Below are positions 27,596 through 36,593 of a stretch of 62,578 bases of DNA, one piece after another. Below the pieces are notes generated by a model. The model was given only the letters and a program-made list of their open reading frames with translations, was not told where the DNA came from and ran no database searches. The position numbers were made by a program, and so were the translations under genes. This DNA comes from Candidatus Zixiibacteriota bacterium (lineage in GTDB: Bacteria > RBG-13-66-14 > B26-G2 > WVWN01): assembly GCA_050117845.1 (NCBI GenBank), contig JASFLY010000015.1:1-62578 (forward strand). Reading direction: 5' to 3'. Within the stretch, counting starts at the first letter, position 1; each line of letters begins with the position of its first letter.

Positions 27596-27973
27596 ACCGG
27601 CCGGTTAAAATCCAATAGGGGTGCCACCGACATTCCTGTCGGTGAATGGGGTTGTGTTTACGTGGGGCCGGGTCTTCAGACCCGGCCGCCTTATCGTCGG
27701 ACAGGGGGCTTAAGCCCCCTGTTGAACGTGGCCGCATCTAAAGATACGGCCCTACGGTTGTGTTTTATGTAGGGGCCGACCTTCAGGTCGGCCCGCATAA
27801 GGGAACGGTCCGCCGCCGGTTGAAACCGGCGGTTAACGCGTGGCGGTTTAAATACAATAGGGGTGCCACCGACATTCCTGTCGGTGATAAATCCACCGGT
27901 AAGAATGCCGGTGCCACACAAACCGGTGGTTAACGCATGGCGGGTTAGGGACCGGTCGCTGAAGCGGCCGGTT
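27596..27973. repeat. REP-like palindrome mosaic cluster 6
   Basis: GTGCCACCGACATTCCTGTCGGTG (27621, 27863), GGCCGGGTCTTCAGACCCGGCC, ACAGGGGGCTTAAGCCCCCTGT, GTAGGGGCCGACCTTCAGGTCGGCCC, CCGCCGGTTGAAACCGGCGG. Confidence 0.9.
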
Positions 27974-28088
27974 TATACTAAATCGGGAAGGGCGTGGAAA
28001 CGGCGGGGTGAATTACACTTGCATTACGATACTGTTTACATTATCATGGGAAATAAGGGGATGTTCGCTTAAAGGCGGCGGTTCGCAT

Positions 28089-28493
28089 ATGAAACTTACC
28101 GGGTGCATATTGGGCGTCCCGATGGTCGTTTTGGCCCTCGTGTTGATCGTCTTCGGCGTGCTGTGGATAATGTCCGCGACGTCACCCGAGGCGGGGGACC
28201 AGGCCGGCGGCCGTTTCGGCGTCGGGATTTGCCTTAACGTCGTGGGCCTGCTCATGATCGCCGGGGCCGGCCTTCTGATGTATAAATCCTACAAGAAGTA
28301 CCAGGCCGAGAAACCACAGACCATAGTACACAAGGTGGACCTGCCGGGCGAGCTGTCGCTCGAGAAGTTGAAGTGCCAGTCCTGCGGCGCCACGCTCGAC
28401 AAGGACAACATCGACGTCAAGGCCGGGGCCGTCGTCGTCACCTGTCCCTATTGCGGCACGTCCTACGAGATTGAAGAAGAACCCAAGTGGTAA
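28089..28493 (+). CDS. Two-TM membrane protein with C-terminal Zn ribbon
   Basis: MKLTGCILG start at 28089; two TMs; LKCQSCGATL...VTCPYCGTSYEIEEEPKW. Confidence 0.8.
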   Translation: MKLTGCILGVPMVVLALVLIVFGVLWIMSATSPEAGDQAGGRFGVGICLNVVGLLMIAGAGLLMYKSYKKYQAEKPQTIVHKVDLPGELSLEKLKCQSCGATLDKDNIDVKAGAVVVTCPYCGTSYEIEEEPKW

Positions 28494-28520
28494 ATGGGCC
28501 CCGGGCCCGGGTAACGTATT

Positions 28521-30137
28521 ATGATATTTAAACGTTGGATATTGGCGGGGGTATGCATCCTCGCGGCTCTCGCCGTCGGCCCCGCCGCGGCCCAGAACTA
28601 CTTCTTCGAGGTCCCGCGCGAAACCATCACGGTAGTCGTCAATCCCGATTCCTCCATCGACATCGACTACCGGATCACCTTCGCCAACAGCGTCGCCGGC
28701 GATCCCATAGACATCGTCGACGTCGGCTTCCCCTCGGACGATTACGACTTGAATTCCATTTCCGCCGACCTCGACGGGAGGCCGTGCCCCATTATCCGGC
28801 CCTCCGAATACATCGACATCGGCGTCGAGATTCCCCTGAGCCCGGCCATCGCTCCCGGCGATACCGGCACGCTTCACGTCAGCGGCCGGAACTACCACAT
28901 GGTCTTCGAGGACTCGTCCGACGAGACCTACGCCTCGACCGTCTTCAGCCCCACCTGGTTCGGCTCCGACTTCACCTTCGGCGACACCCGCCTGACGATG
29001 ACCTTCGTCTTTCCGCCCGGCGTCACGGGGGAGCAGACCCGGTGGCACGAGGACCAGGGCGGCGAGCCGACGCAGATGTTCATCCAGGACGGCCGCGTCT
29101 ACTACGTCTGGGATTGGTCCGGGGCCTCGCCCTCCGACCAGTATTTTTTCGGCATATCGTTCCCGCGCAGCGCCGTCTCCGAGGTCCGGACGCCGCCGCG
29201 CTTCGAGTGGATAACCGACCTCTTCGGCGCGCTTATCGGCCTCGGCACGCAGTTCTGCGGCTGCCTGATTCCCATTACCATCTTCATACTGATAACCACC
29301 TTCAGCATCATCAACCGCCGGCGCCGCCGCATGAAGTACCTGCCGCCTAAGGCCAAGGTCGAGGGCGTGGGAATAAAGCGGGGCCTCACGGCCCCCGAGG
29401 CCGCGCTGATAATGGAGCGCCCCCTCAACACCGTCCTGACGATGATCCTCTTCGGCCTCGCGAAGAAGGGGGCCCTGGCCGTCAAGTCGCAGACGCCGCT
29501 CAAGTTCGAGAAACTGGCGTATAATAAAAACGGCCTGCGGCCCTACGAGAAAAAGTTCCTGGAATGTGTCAAGAAGGACGGCGCCCTGGACGAGGCCAAG
29601 TTGCGCGACATGCTCATCGAGATGATCAAAGCGGTGCAGAAGAAGATGAAGGGCTTCTCGCACAAGGAGACGGTCGAGTATTACCGGAAGATAGTGAAGA
29701 CGGCGTGGCGGCTGGTGGAGGAGGCCGGGACGCCCGACGTCAAGATGGAGGAGTTCTCCAACAGTCTCGAGTGGACCATGCTCGACGACGACTTCAACGG
29801 CCGCACCCGCACCATCTTCGTGGGTTACGACTACCCGACGCCGGTGTGGTGGGGACGCTTCGCGCCGGTGGGCACGACCGGGACGTCCGGCGGCGTGGGG
29901 CTGGATATGCCGACGTTGCCCGGCGCCGACTTCGCCAACTCCATCGTGACGCGCGTCGAGGGCATCGCCAACGGCGTCGTCTCCAAGGTCGAGTCCTTCA
30001 CCGGGACCGTAACCTCGAAAACCAATCCGCGGCCGGTCAGCACCGGCGGCGGCTTCAGCGGCGGCGGCGGCAGCAGTTGCGCCTGCGCGTGCGCCTGCGC
30101 CGGTTGCGCGTGCGCCTGCGCCGGCGGCGGCCGCTAG
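28521..30137 (+). CDS. Membrane protein (DUF2207-like architecture) with C-terminal (Cys-Ala)n tail
   Basis: Signal peptide, beta-rich extracytoplasmic domain, TM then RRRR, GLTAPEAA, Gly/Ser linker, SSCACACACAGCACACAGGGR*. Confidence 0.85.
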   Translation: MIFKRWILAGVCILAALAVGPAAAQNYFFEVPRETITVVVNPDSSIDIDYRITFANSVAGDPIDIVDVGFPSDDYDLNSISADLDGRPCPIIRPSEYIDIGVEIPLSPAIAPGDTGTLHVSGRNYHMVFEDSSDETYASTVFSPTWFGSDFTFGDTRLTMTFVFPPGVTGEQTRWHEDQGGEPTQMFIQDGRVYYVWDWSGASPSDQYFFGISFPRSAVSEVRTPPRFEWITDLFGALIGLGTQFCGCLIPITIFILITTFSIINRRRRRMKYLPPKAKVEGVGIKRGLTAPEAALIMERPLNTVLTMILFGLAKKGALAVKSQTPLKFEKLAYNKNGLRPYEKKFLECVKKDGALDEAKLRDMLIEMIKAVQKKMKGFSHKETVEYYRKIVKTAWRLVEEAGTPDVKMEEFSNSLEWTMLDDDFNGRTRTIFVGYDYPTPVWWGRFAPVGTTGTSGGVGLDMPTLPGADFANSIVTRVEGIANGVVSKVESFTGTVTSKTNPRPVSTGGGFSGGGGSSCACACACAGCACACAGGGR

Positions 30138-30171
30138 GCCCGATCGGCTAAATTAAACCGGGATAATCAGT

Positions 30172-31542
30172 ATGGGTATAGGCAAGAAAATCTACGACAA
30201 ATTCGTCGCCCGTCGCAAGCCGCTGGAGGCCGGCGTGTATCACCTGCGCCGCGAGGACGCCGAGTATCAGGCCCGTCTCCACCTCCGCATCGACCCGGGG
30301 GGCGAGGGCCTCCTCATGATAAACGCGGCGCGCATCATCTACCTCAACCAGACCGGCGCCGAGATGGCCCGCTACATCATCGAGGAGTGGCCCGACGACC
30401 GCATCGTCCGCGAGATGTCCAAGCGCTACCGCGTCGCCAAGAAGCAGCTCGCCGAGGATCTGGCCCGCCTCCGCGAGGCGATAGAGTGCATGGCGCGGGG
30501 CGACGAGCGCTGTCCCATATCCTACCTGGGCGTCGAGCGCGTCGATCCCTTCACCATCGAGGTCGACACGCCCTACCGCATGGACCTGGCCCTTACCTAC
30601 GGTTGCGACAACGCCTGCGCCCACTGCTACAACGAGACGCCGCGGGCGGGCGAGGCCCTGAGCACCGAGGACTTCAAGCGCGTCATCGCCAAGGTCTGGG
30701 GCCTCGGCATCCCGCACGTCTGCTTCACCGGCGGCGAACCCACCGGCCACCCCGACCTGGTGGAACTGATAGCGTACGCCGAGGAGCTGGGCGTCATCAC
30801 GGGCCTCTTGACCAACGGCCGCAAGCTGCGCGACGCCGCGTACATGGCCGCGTTGGCGGAGGCCGGCCTGGACCACGTCCAGATAACCATCGAGTCCTCG
30901 GTCCCGGAGGTCCACGACAGGATGGTGGGCTGCGAGGGCGCGTTCGCCGAGACCGTCGAGGGCATCAAGAACGCCGTCGCGAGCCCCGTCTACACCGTCA
31001 CCAACACCACCCTCACGGCGAAGAACGCCGACGACGTGGAGGAGCTCGTGGCGTTCCTCTCCACGCTCGGCGTCGAGCAGATGGCGGCCAACGGCATCAT
31101 CAATTCCGGCGGCGCCCGCGACGTCGACATCGGCCTGCCGGAGAGCGGCCTCGGCCCCATCCTGAGCCGCGTGACGGCGGCCTGCGCCGCGGCCGATATC
31201 AAGTTCATCTGGTACACGCCGACGCAGTACTGCCGCTTCAACCCGCTCACGATGGACCTGGGTGTCAAGCAGTGCACGGCGGCCAAGTACAACATGTGCG
31301 TCGAGCCCAACGGCGATGTCCTCCCGTGCCAGTCCTACTACCAGCCACTGGGCAACATCCTGAAAGACGACTGGGATACGATTTACAATAACGAACTGGC
31401 GAAGGAGATCCGCGAGCGCGACTACGCGCCGTCGAGGTGCCGCGAGTGCCCCGACCTCGAGATCTGTGGCGCCGGGTGCCCGCTGTCGGTGAAGTACGAG
31501 AAGACCTTCTGCTGTCCGGACGCGGCGTCGAATCCGGCGTAA
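30172..31542 (+). CDS. Radical SAM/SPASM enzyme with N-terminal PqqD/RRE-like domain
   Basis: LNQTGAEMARYI...MSKRYRV (RRE-like); CDNACAHC; FTGGEP; LTNG; SPASM CTAAKYNMCVEPNGDVLPC and CRECPDLEICGAGCP. Confidence 0.9.
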   Translation: MGIGKKIYDKFVARRKPLEAGVYHLRREDAEYQARLHLRIDPGGEGLLMINAARIIYLNQTGAEMARYIIEEWPDDRIVREMSKRYRVAKKQLAEDLARLREAIECMARGDERCPISYLGVERVDPFTIEVDTPYRMDLALTYGCDNACAHCYNETPRAGEALSTEDFKRVIAKVWGLGIPHVCFTGGEPTGHPDLVELIAYAEELGVITGLLTNGRKLRDAAYMAALAEAGLDHVQITIESSVPEVHDRMVGCEGAFAETVEGIKNAVASPVYTVTNTTLTAKNADDVEELVAFLSTLGVEQMAANGIINSGGARDVDIGLPESGLGPILSRVTAACAAADIKFIWYTPTQYCRFNPLTMDLGVKQCTAAKYNMCVEPNGDVLPCQSYYQPLGNILKDDWDTIYNNELAKEIRERDYAPSRCRECPDLEICGAGCPLSVKYEKTFCCPDAASNPA

Positions 31543-31651
31543 ACGGGGGAGAGCGAAAATAGGAAACGAGGCCGGCCCGTATCTTACGCCCGAGGAGGAG
31601 GAACGCCAGGCCCGGAGTTACGAGGCGCATCGCCGCGAGCTCTACCGCCAG

Positions 31652-32320
31652 TTGGGTTTGCGGAATCTGGACCGAGTCCTCGACGTCGGCTGCGGCAGCG
31701 GCGTAATCACGGGCGAGTTGGCAGGGCGGGCGCGCCGGGGGGCCGTGGGCGTCGATCGCCGGGAAGGGATTCTACGCGAGGCCCAAGGCCGCGATAACGG
31801 CGCGTCGTTCGTACTTGCTGACGCCGCACGCTTGCCCTTTCGCTCGGCCGCGTTCGACGCCGTCGTTACGTCCTTCACGCTGATGTGGCTCGGCGACCCG
31901 GGGAGGTTTTTAAAGGAAGCTTTCCGCGTCGTCGCGCCGGGGGGACTGTTCGTCGCGATGGCCGAGGCCGATTATGCCGGGGCCGTAGACTATCCGGAAG
32001 AGGCCTCCACGCGGGACGCGGCGGCCGCCGCCGTACGGGCGTGGGGCGGAGACCCGGAGGCCGGCCGGAAGCTCCCCGGGTGGCTCGCCGAGGCCGGCTT
32101 CGAACTCGTACGTTTCGGCGTCCTCAATTCCGTGTGGCCGCCCCGGCGCTGGGCCGAGGAGGAGGCGCGGGAACTGGATCTCTTGCGGCGCCTGGTGGCG
32201 CCCGTGATGGAAGGGAACGAAATCGAATCGGCGGCGCGGGGGAGGCAGGCCGCGATTGCGGCCGGCACCCGCTGTTACTTTTTACCTATTTTTTTCGCTA
32301 CGGCGAGGAACGTCGGTTAA
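31652..32320 (+). CDS. Class I SAM-dependent methyltransferase (true start may be upstream)
   Basis: RVLDVGCGSG, ADAARLPFRSAAFD, RVVAPGG; frame open upstream to ATA 31559. Confidence 0.85.
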   Translation: MGLRNLDRVLDVGCGSGVITGELAGRARRGAVGVDRREGILREAQGRDNGASFVLADAARLPFRSAAFDAVVTSFTLMWLGDPGRFLKEAFRVVAPGGLFVAMAEADYAGAVDYPEEASTRDAAAAAVRAWGGDPEAGRKLPGWLAEAGFELVRFGVLNSVWPPRRWAEEEARELDLLRRLVAPVMEGNEIESAARGRQAAIAAGTRCYFLPIFFATARNVG

Positions 32321-32354
32321 ACCCTTAAAGTTTATACCGAACGCGAGGTGTTCC

Positions 32355-32516
32355 ATGGCGACTCTGCTTTTCATTATTCTTCGGTTGGCCCACGTCATTG
32401 CGTTGCCGTTTCCCCAAAGCGATTTTTTAGTTTTATGCCAACTCCTGGCTCTGGACTCGATAACCGCGGCCATCGTCTTCCACGCGCTGATTACGCGGCG
32501 GCGTAACAAGGGATAA
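32355..32516 (+). CDS. Possible small hydrophobic membrane protein (53 aa)
   Basis: GAGGTG RBS before ATG 32355; two hydrophobic segments and a basic tail RRRNKG. Confidence 0.4.
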   Translation: MATLLFIILRLAHVIALPFPQSDFLVLCQLLALDSITAAIVFHALITRRRNKG

Positions 32517-32573
32517 GGCGGGAATAGGGAAGGTCGTACGTCGCAACGGCGGCCGCGGGGGGGCCGGCCGTAT

Positions 32574-33860
32574 TTACGGTATCCGTTCGCCCCGGAGCGT
32601 CCACGAGGACGCCCCGGTTATTTTTACGCGGACGAACTCGCCCGTCTCACCGCGACCCCCGAAATTGACGGTTTTACTTTCGCTCGTACGGCCCGCCAGT
32701 TCGCGGGCGTCTTTTTTACTCCGCCCTTCCACCAGCGCCGTCACCACCTCGCCCACCAATCCCTCGTTAATCTCGCGCGATATCTCTCGCTGCCGACCGC
32801 CCAGCGTTTGCAGGCGCCGTATCTTCTCGGGGCGCGGCACGGCGTCGGGCCGCTTCGCCGCCGCGGTGCCGGGGCGCGGCGAGTATATAAATATGTACGC
32901 GCTATCGTAGCGGACCCGTTCGACCAGCGCCAGCGTCTCCTCGAAGTCGGCCTCCGTCTCATCCGGGAAGCCGACCAGGATGTCTGTCGTGAGGCAAATT
33001 CCGGGGACGGCCTCGCGCACCGCGTCCACGATGCCGAGGTAATGCTCCCGGTCGTAGCCCCGGTTCATCGCCCGTAGCACGCGGTCGGAGCCGCTCTGCA
33101 GGGGGAGGTGGAGGTGCCGGGCGACGTTGCGGCCTTCCGCCATGGCGGCCACCGTTTCGTCGCCCAGGTCGCGCGGGTGGTTGGTGGTGAAGCGAAGGAA
33201 CGCGCCGTCACAGCGGCCGTCGACCTCCCGCAGCAGCGCGGCGAAGCTGACGCCGTCGCGGCGGTAGGAGTTCACGTTCTGCCCTATGAGCGTTATGTCC
33301 CGGAAGCCGCCCCGCACGAGGTCGTCCACCTCCGCCAGGACGTCGTCCATCGGCCGGTACTCCTCCCGGCCGCGGGCGTACGGCACGATGCAGTAGGCGC
33401 AGAAGTTGTCGCACCCCCGCATGATGCTGACGTTGGCCCGGGGCCACGCCGACCGTCGGGGTGACACGTACGCCGCGTCTCCGGCCGGCTCGCAGGCCGC
33501 CGCCTCGCCCCGCGCCCGGGCGACGAGGGCGGGGACCTCTTCCAGCTTCGTCGTCCCGAACGTGAAATCGACGTGGGGGCACGCTTCCCGGATGAATTCG
33601 GCCTCCACCGCGGGCCAGCAGCCGCCGACGCCGATGACGGGAGCGGGGCTCTCCTTCTTGCGCCGCGCGAGCGACGTTATGCGGCCCAGCGCCCGGTCGG
33701 TCGCCGATTGGCGCACGGCGCAGGTGTAGACCAGCACCGCGTCGGCCTCTCCCTCCGCCTCGGCCTGACGGTACCCGGCGGCCTCCATGACGGCGGCCAG
33801 CCGCTCGCCGTCGTAGTCGTTCATCTGACATCCGTATACTATTAATTCGTACGTATTCAT
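32574..33860 (-). CDS. miaB: tRNA methylthiotransferase MiaB
   Basis: YGCQMNDYD, GCDNFCAYCIVPYARGRE, HLPLQSGS, TRAM domain. Confidence 0.95.
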   Translation of the reverse strand: MNTYELIVYGCQMNDYDGERLAAVMEAAGYRQAEAEGEADAVLVYTCAVRQSATDRALGRITSLARRKKESPAPVIGVGGCWPAVEAEFIREACPHVDFTFGTTKLEEVPALVARARGEAAACEPAGDAAYVSPRRSAWPRANVSIMRGCDNFCAYCIVPYARGREEYRPMDDVLAEVDDLVRGGFRDITLIGQNVNSYRRDGVSFAALLREVDGRCDGAFLRFTTNHPRDLGDETVAAMAEGRNVARHLHLPLQSGSDRVLRAMNRGYDREHYLGIVDAVREAVPGICLTTDILVGFPDETEADFEETLALVERVRYDSAYIFIYSPRPGTAAAKRPDAVPRPEKIRRLQTLGGRQREISREINEGLVGEVVTALVEGRSKKDARELAGRTSESKTVNFGGRGETGEFVRVKITGASSWTLRGERIP

Positions 33861-33900
33861 AAGCGTTTATTATTAACTATATTGCGTTAAGGCCGGCTCT

Positions 33901-34674
33901 TCAGCGAACGCGGAAGTACCACGCCGTTACGTCGCCGTGGAAGAAGGTCATGACGAGCGTCGCCGCCAGGACGGCGAGGCCGAAGGCGCTCTCGGCGTCG
34001 CCGCGACCCTTCCGCCGGCCCATCAGCGGCACGACCAGCGCCGCCAGCGCGCCGACGGCCAGGATGAAGACGGCGCTCTGCCAGCCCAGGAAGACGCCGC
34101 CCAGCGCGACTACCGCCAGCATCCGTTCGCCGCCGCGCGCCGCGCCCGTGAACAACTCGCGCCCCGGCCGGAGGGCCAGGACCAGCCCCAACCCCAACAG
34201 GCCGCCGACCGCCGCGTCCGCCGGGCCCGGCGACCCGGGCAGGAACGACAGCGCCAGCCCTATCCCGAGCGCCGGGAAGTACAGCCGCGGGACCAGCACG
34301 CCGTAGCGGAACTCCACCCAGTAGTTCATGAGGAAGAATACGCAAAACGTGAAGGTCGTCGCGAAGGCGAGGGAGAAACCGTAGTAGTAGAACAAGAGCG
34401 CGGCGACGGCGCCGCTCGCCAGTTCCCACAAAACCAGGTTCTTGCGGTAACGGTAGCCGCAACGGGGGCAGCGGCCGCGCAGCAGCGGATACCACAACAG
34501 CGGCAGCATCCAGATGCGCCGTTCCGCCCGGCCGCAGGAGGGGCAGGCCGGCGGCAGGACGATGCGAAAGCGGCCGCCCGGCAAACGGTGCACGATGAGG
34601 TGGTAAAAGTTGCCCACCAACGCGCCCACGAAAAACGCCGCGGCCACGCCGCCTATCTGAAGCGCCGCAAACAT
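33901..34674 (-). CDS. Prepilin peptidase A24 family protein (degenerate)
   Basis: VGNF...HRLP, CPSC...LRGRCPRC N-domain, multi-TM; catalytic Asp motifs not evident. Confidence 0.75.
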   Translation of the reverse strand: MFAALQIGGVAAAFFVGALVGNFYHLIVHRLPGGRFRIVLPPACPSCGRAERRIWMLPLLWYPLLRGRCPRCGYRYRKNLVLWELASGAVAALLFYYYGFSLAFATTFTFCVFFLMNYWVEFRYGVLVPRLYFPALGIGLALSFLPGSPGPADAAVGGLLGLGLVLALRPGRELFTGAARGGERMLAVVALGGVFLGWQSAVFILAVGALAALVVPLMGRRKGRGDAESAFGLAVLAATLVMTFFHGDVTAWYFRVR

Positions 34675-34727
34675 TACCCGGAGATATTAAGTAATCGCGG
34701 GCCGGCGGACAAGCCTTTTCCCGGCCG

Positions 34728-36593
34728 CTAGAATTCCTGCGTTATGGAAACGTGGATCTTGCCGTCGAGGGGGCTTTCGCCGGCGGCCAGGCCGTAATCG
34801 ACGCCGTAAATACCCACCGGCGTCGTCGTCCGGAAACCCGCGCCGTACGCGGCCTCGAAGCCCTCGCCGAAGGTCGTGGTCATCTTCAGGTGGCGGTACG
34901 CGCCGTCGGCGAAGACGAAGAGGCGGCTGCCCCGGCCCACGAGGAAGCGGTACTCGGCCGTGAGGAGGGCGTGGCGGTCCGTCAGGAAGTGCTCTTCGGA
35001 GAAGCCGCGGAGGTCGGCGTATCCGCCCAGCGGGTAGAGTTCATCGGCGCTGGGCCGCTTGGTCGAGAGGCCCCGCCCCAACACCCGGCCGGCGACGACG
35101 TGATTGCGCCAGAGGGGCCGGAAGTACCACGCGTCGCACGAGAGGCGCGGCACCCGTTCCCGGAAGCCGTCCTCCTCGTACTCCTTGACGCCGAGTTCCA
35201 GCCGGCCGTCGACTTGCCAGCCTCGCCGCGGGTTGTCGAAGTAGTCCCGGCTGTCGTACGTGGCCCAGGTGAAGACCTTGTACTTGCGGCTCGCGTTTTC
35301 TCCCCGCACCCGGGTGAAACCGCCGCCGGCCGCGACGGTGAGGTTGGGGAGGGGGTGCGTGCCGAGCGAGAGTTCGCCGTCCGCCAGGCGGTAAGTCGTC
35401 CGCTCGCGGAAGGTCCCCGCCGGTTCGGCGAAGAGGTCGACGCCGCCTATCCACGGTTCGTAGTAGCGGCCCCGGGCGTCCATGTTCTCGCGGCTGAGCC
35501 GCCGGTAGTACGCGCCCACCTCCCGGCCCGTACCGAATAGATTGGCGAGCGCGGCGTCCATCTCGCCGATGAGCGAGGCCGCCTCCTCGCCCGGCTCCGG
35601 CTCGTAAACCAGAGCGCCCGTGACGCGGTAGGTAGGCCGCTCCATCACCGTGACGCGAAGAGCCCCGGCGGCGGCGTCCACCAGTTCCATGTCGGGCTCC
35701 GCCGCGAAGTATTTTAAATTATAAACCCGGCGCTCGCTCGCGCGGATATCCTTTATGTCGTACGGCTCGCCCGGCAGGACGCGCAGCTCCCGCCGGATGA
35801 CGGCGTCCCGGGTCCGCCGGTTGCCGACTATGTCCACCGTCCGGATGATGACCCGCGGGCCGGCGTCCACTCGAATGCCGAAGTCCAGCTCGCGGTACTC
35901 CTCCGCCACCGCGAAGCCGCTGGGCCGGGCCGTCGCTTCCGGGTAGCCCCGCTCCCGGTAGTAGTCTATAACGGTCAAAAGGTCGCGGGCCAGCGGCCTC
36001 TCCCTGAGCGGCTTGCCCGTAACCGTTTCGAGTTCGACCCGCAGGGCGCGCTCCTCGGCCGCGGTGGCCCCTATGAGCTTTATTTCCCCGGCGGGGTAAC
36101 GTTCGCCGGCGCGCACGGCCACCGTGCAGTCGGCGCGGCCGGCTCCGTCCGGCACGACGGCGTAGTCCGCCTCCGCCCGGAGGTAGCCTCGTTCGGCCAG
36201 CATCGCCAGGAGCGATAGTAATCCTTCCCGCACGTCCGGCGGCGAGGGCGGCTCGCCCGGCTCGAGCGGGACGTACGAGAGAACCTCGCCCCGACTCAGC
36301 GGCGACTCGTTGTCCACGTCCAGCCGCCCGACGACGTAGCGCGGCCCCTCATATATTGAGAGTATAAAATTGCCGTCGCCGACCTCGGCGTAGGTCACGG
36401 CCGCGTCCAGATACCCGGCGCGCAGGTACATCCGCTCGACCGCCACTAGGTCGACGGGGCCGCCGGCCGTGGCCGCCGCCTCGACCTCCGCCGCGGAGAA
36501 GGCCTCGTTGCCGACGACGTCGAGGGCGGCCGCCGGGCCGGGGCAGGCCGCGAGCGCGGTCCCGAGTAGCGCTATGCCGAAGGTTCTAATCAT
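34728..36593 (-). CDS. Omp85/BamA-TamA family POTRA plus barrel protein
   Basis: IVGNRRTRDAVIRREL POTRA, LGGYADLRGF, C-terminal KIHVSITQEF; ATG 36593 coupled to the upstream stop. Confidence 0.85.
   Translation of the reverse strand: MIRTFGIALLGTALAACPGPAAALDVVGNEAFSAAEVEAAATAGGPVDLVAVERMYLRAGYLDAAVTYAEVGDGNFILSIYEGPRYVVGRLDVDNESPLSRGEVLSYVPLEPGEPPSPPDVREGLLSLLAMLAERGYLRAEADYAVVPDGAGRADCTVAVRAGERYPAGEIKLIGATAAEERALRVELETVTGKPLRERPLARDLLTVIDYYRERGYPEATARPSGFAVAEEYRELDFGIRVDAGPRVIIRTVDIVGNRRTRDAVIRRELRVLPGEPYDIKDIRASERRVYNLKYFAAEPDMELVDAAAGALRVTVMERPTYRVTGALVYEPEPGEEAASLIGEMDAALANLFGTGREVGAYYRRLSRENMDARGRYYEPWIGGVDLFAEPAGTFRERTTYRLADGELSLGTHPLPNLTVAAGGGFTRVRGENASRKYKVFTWATYDSRDYFDNPRRGWQVDGRLELGVKEYEEDGFRERVPRLSCDAWYFRPLWRNHVVAGRVLGRGLSTKRPSADELYPLGGYADLRGFSEEHFLTDRHALLTAEYRFLVGRGSRLFVFADGAYRHLKMTTTFGEGFEAAYGAGFRTTTPVGIYGVDYGLAAGESPLDGKIHVSITQEF

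Noticed and set aside
30172..31542. PqqE or mycofactocin MftC assignment
   Set aside because: No pqqA-C or mft genes or precursor peptides are nearby.
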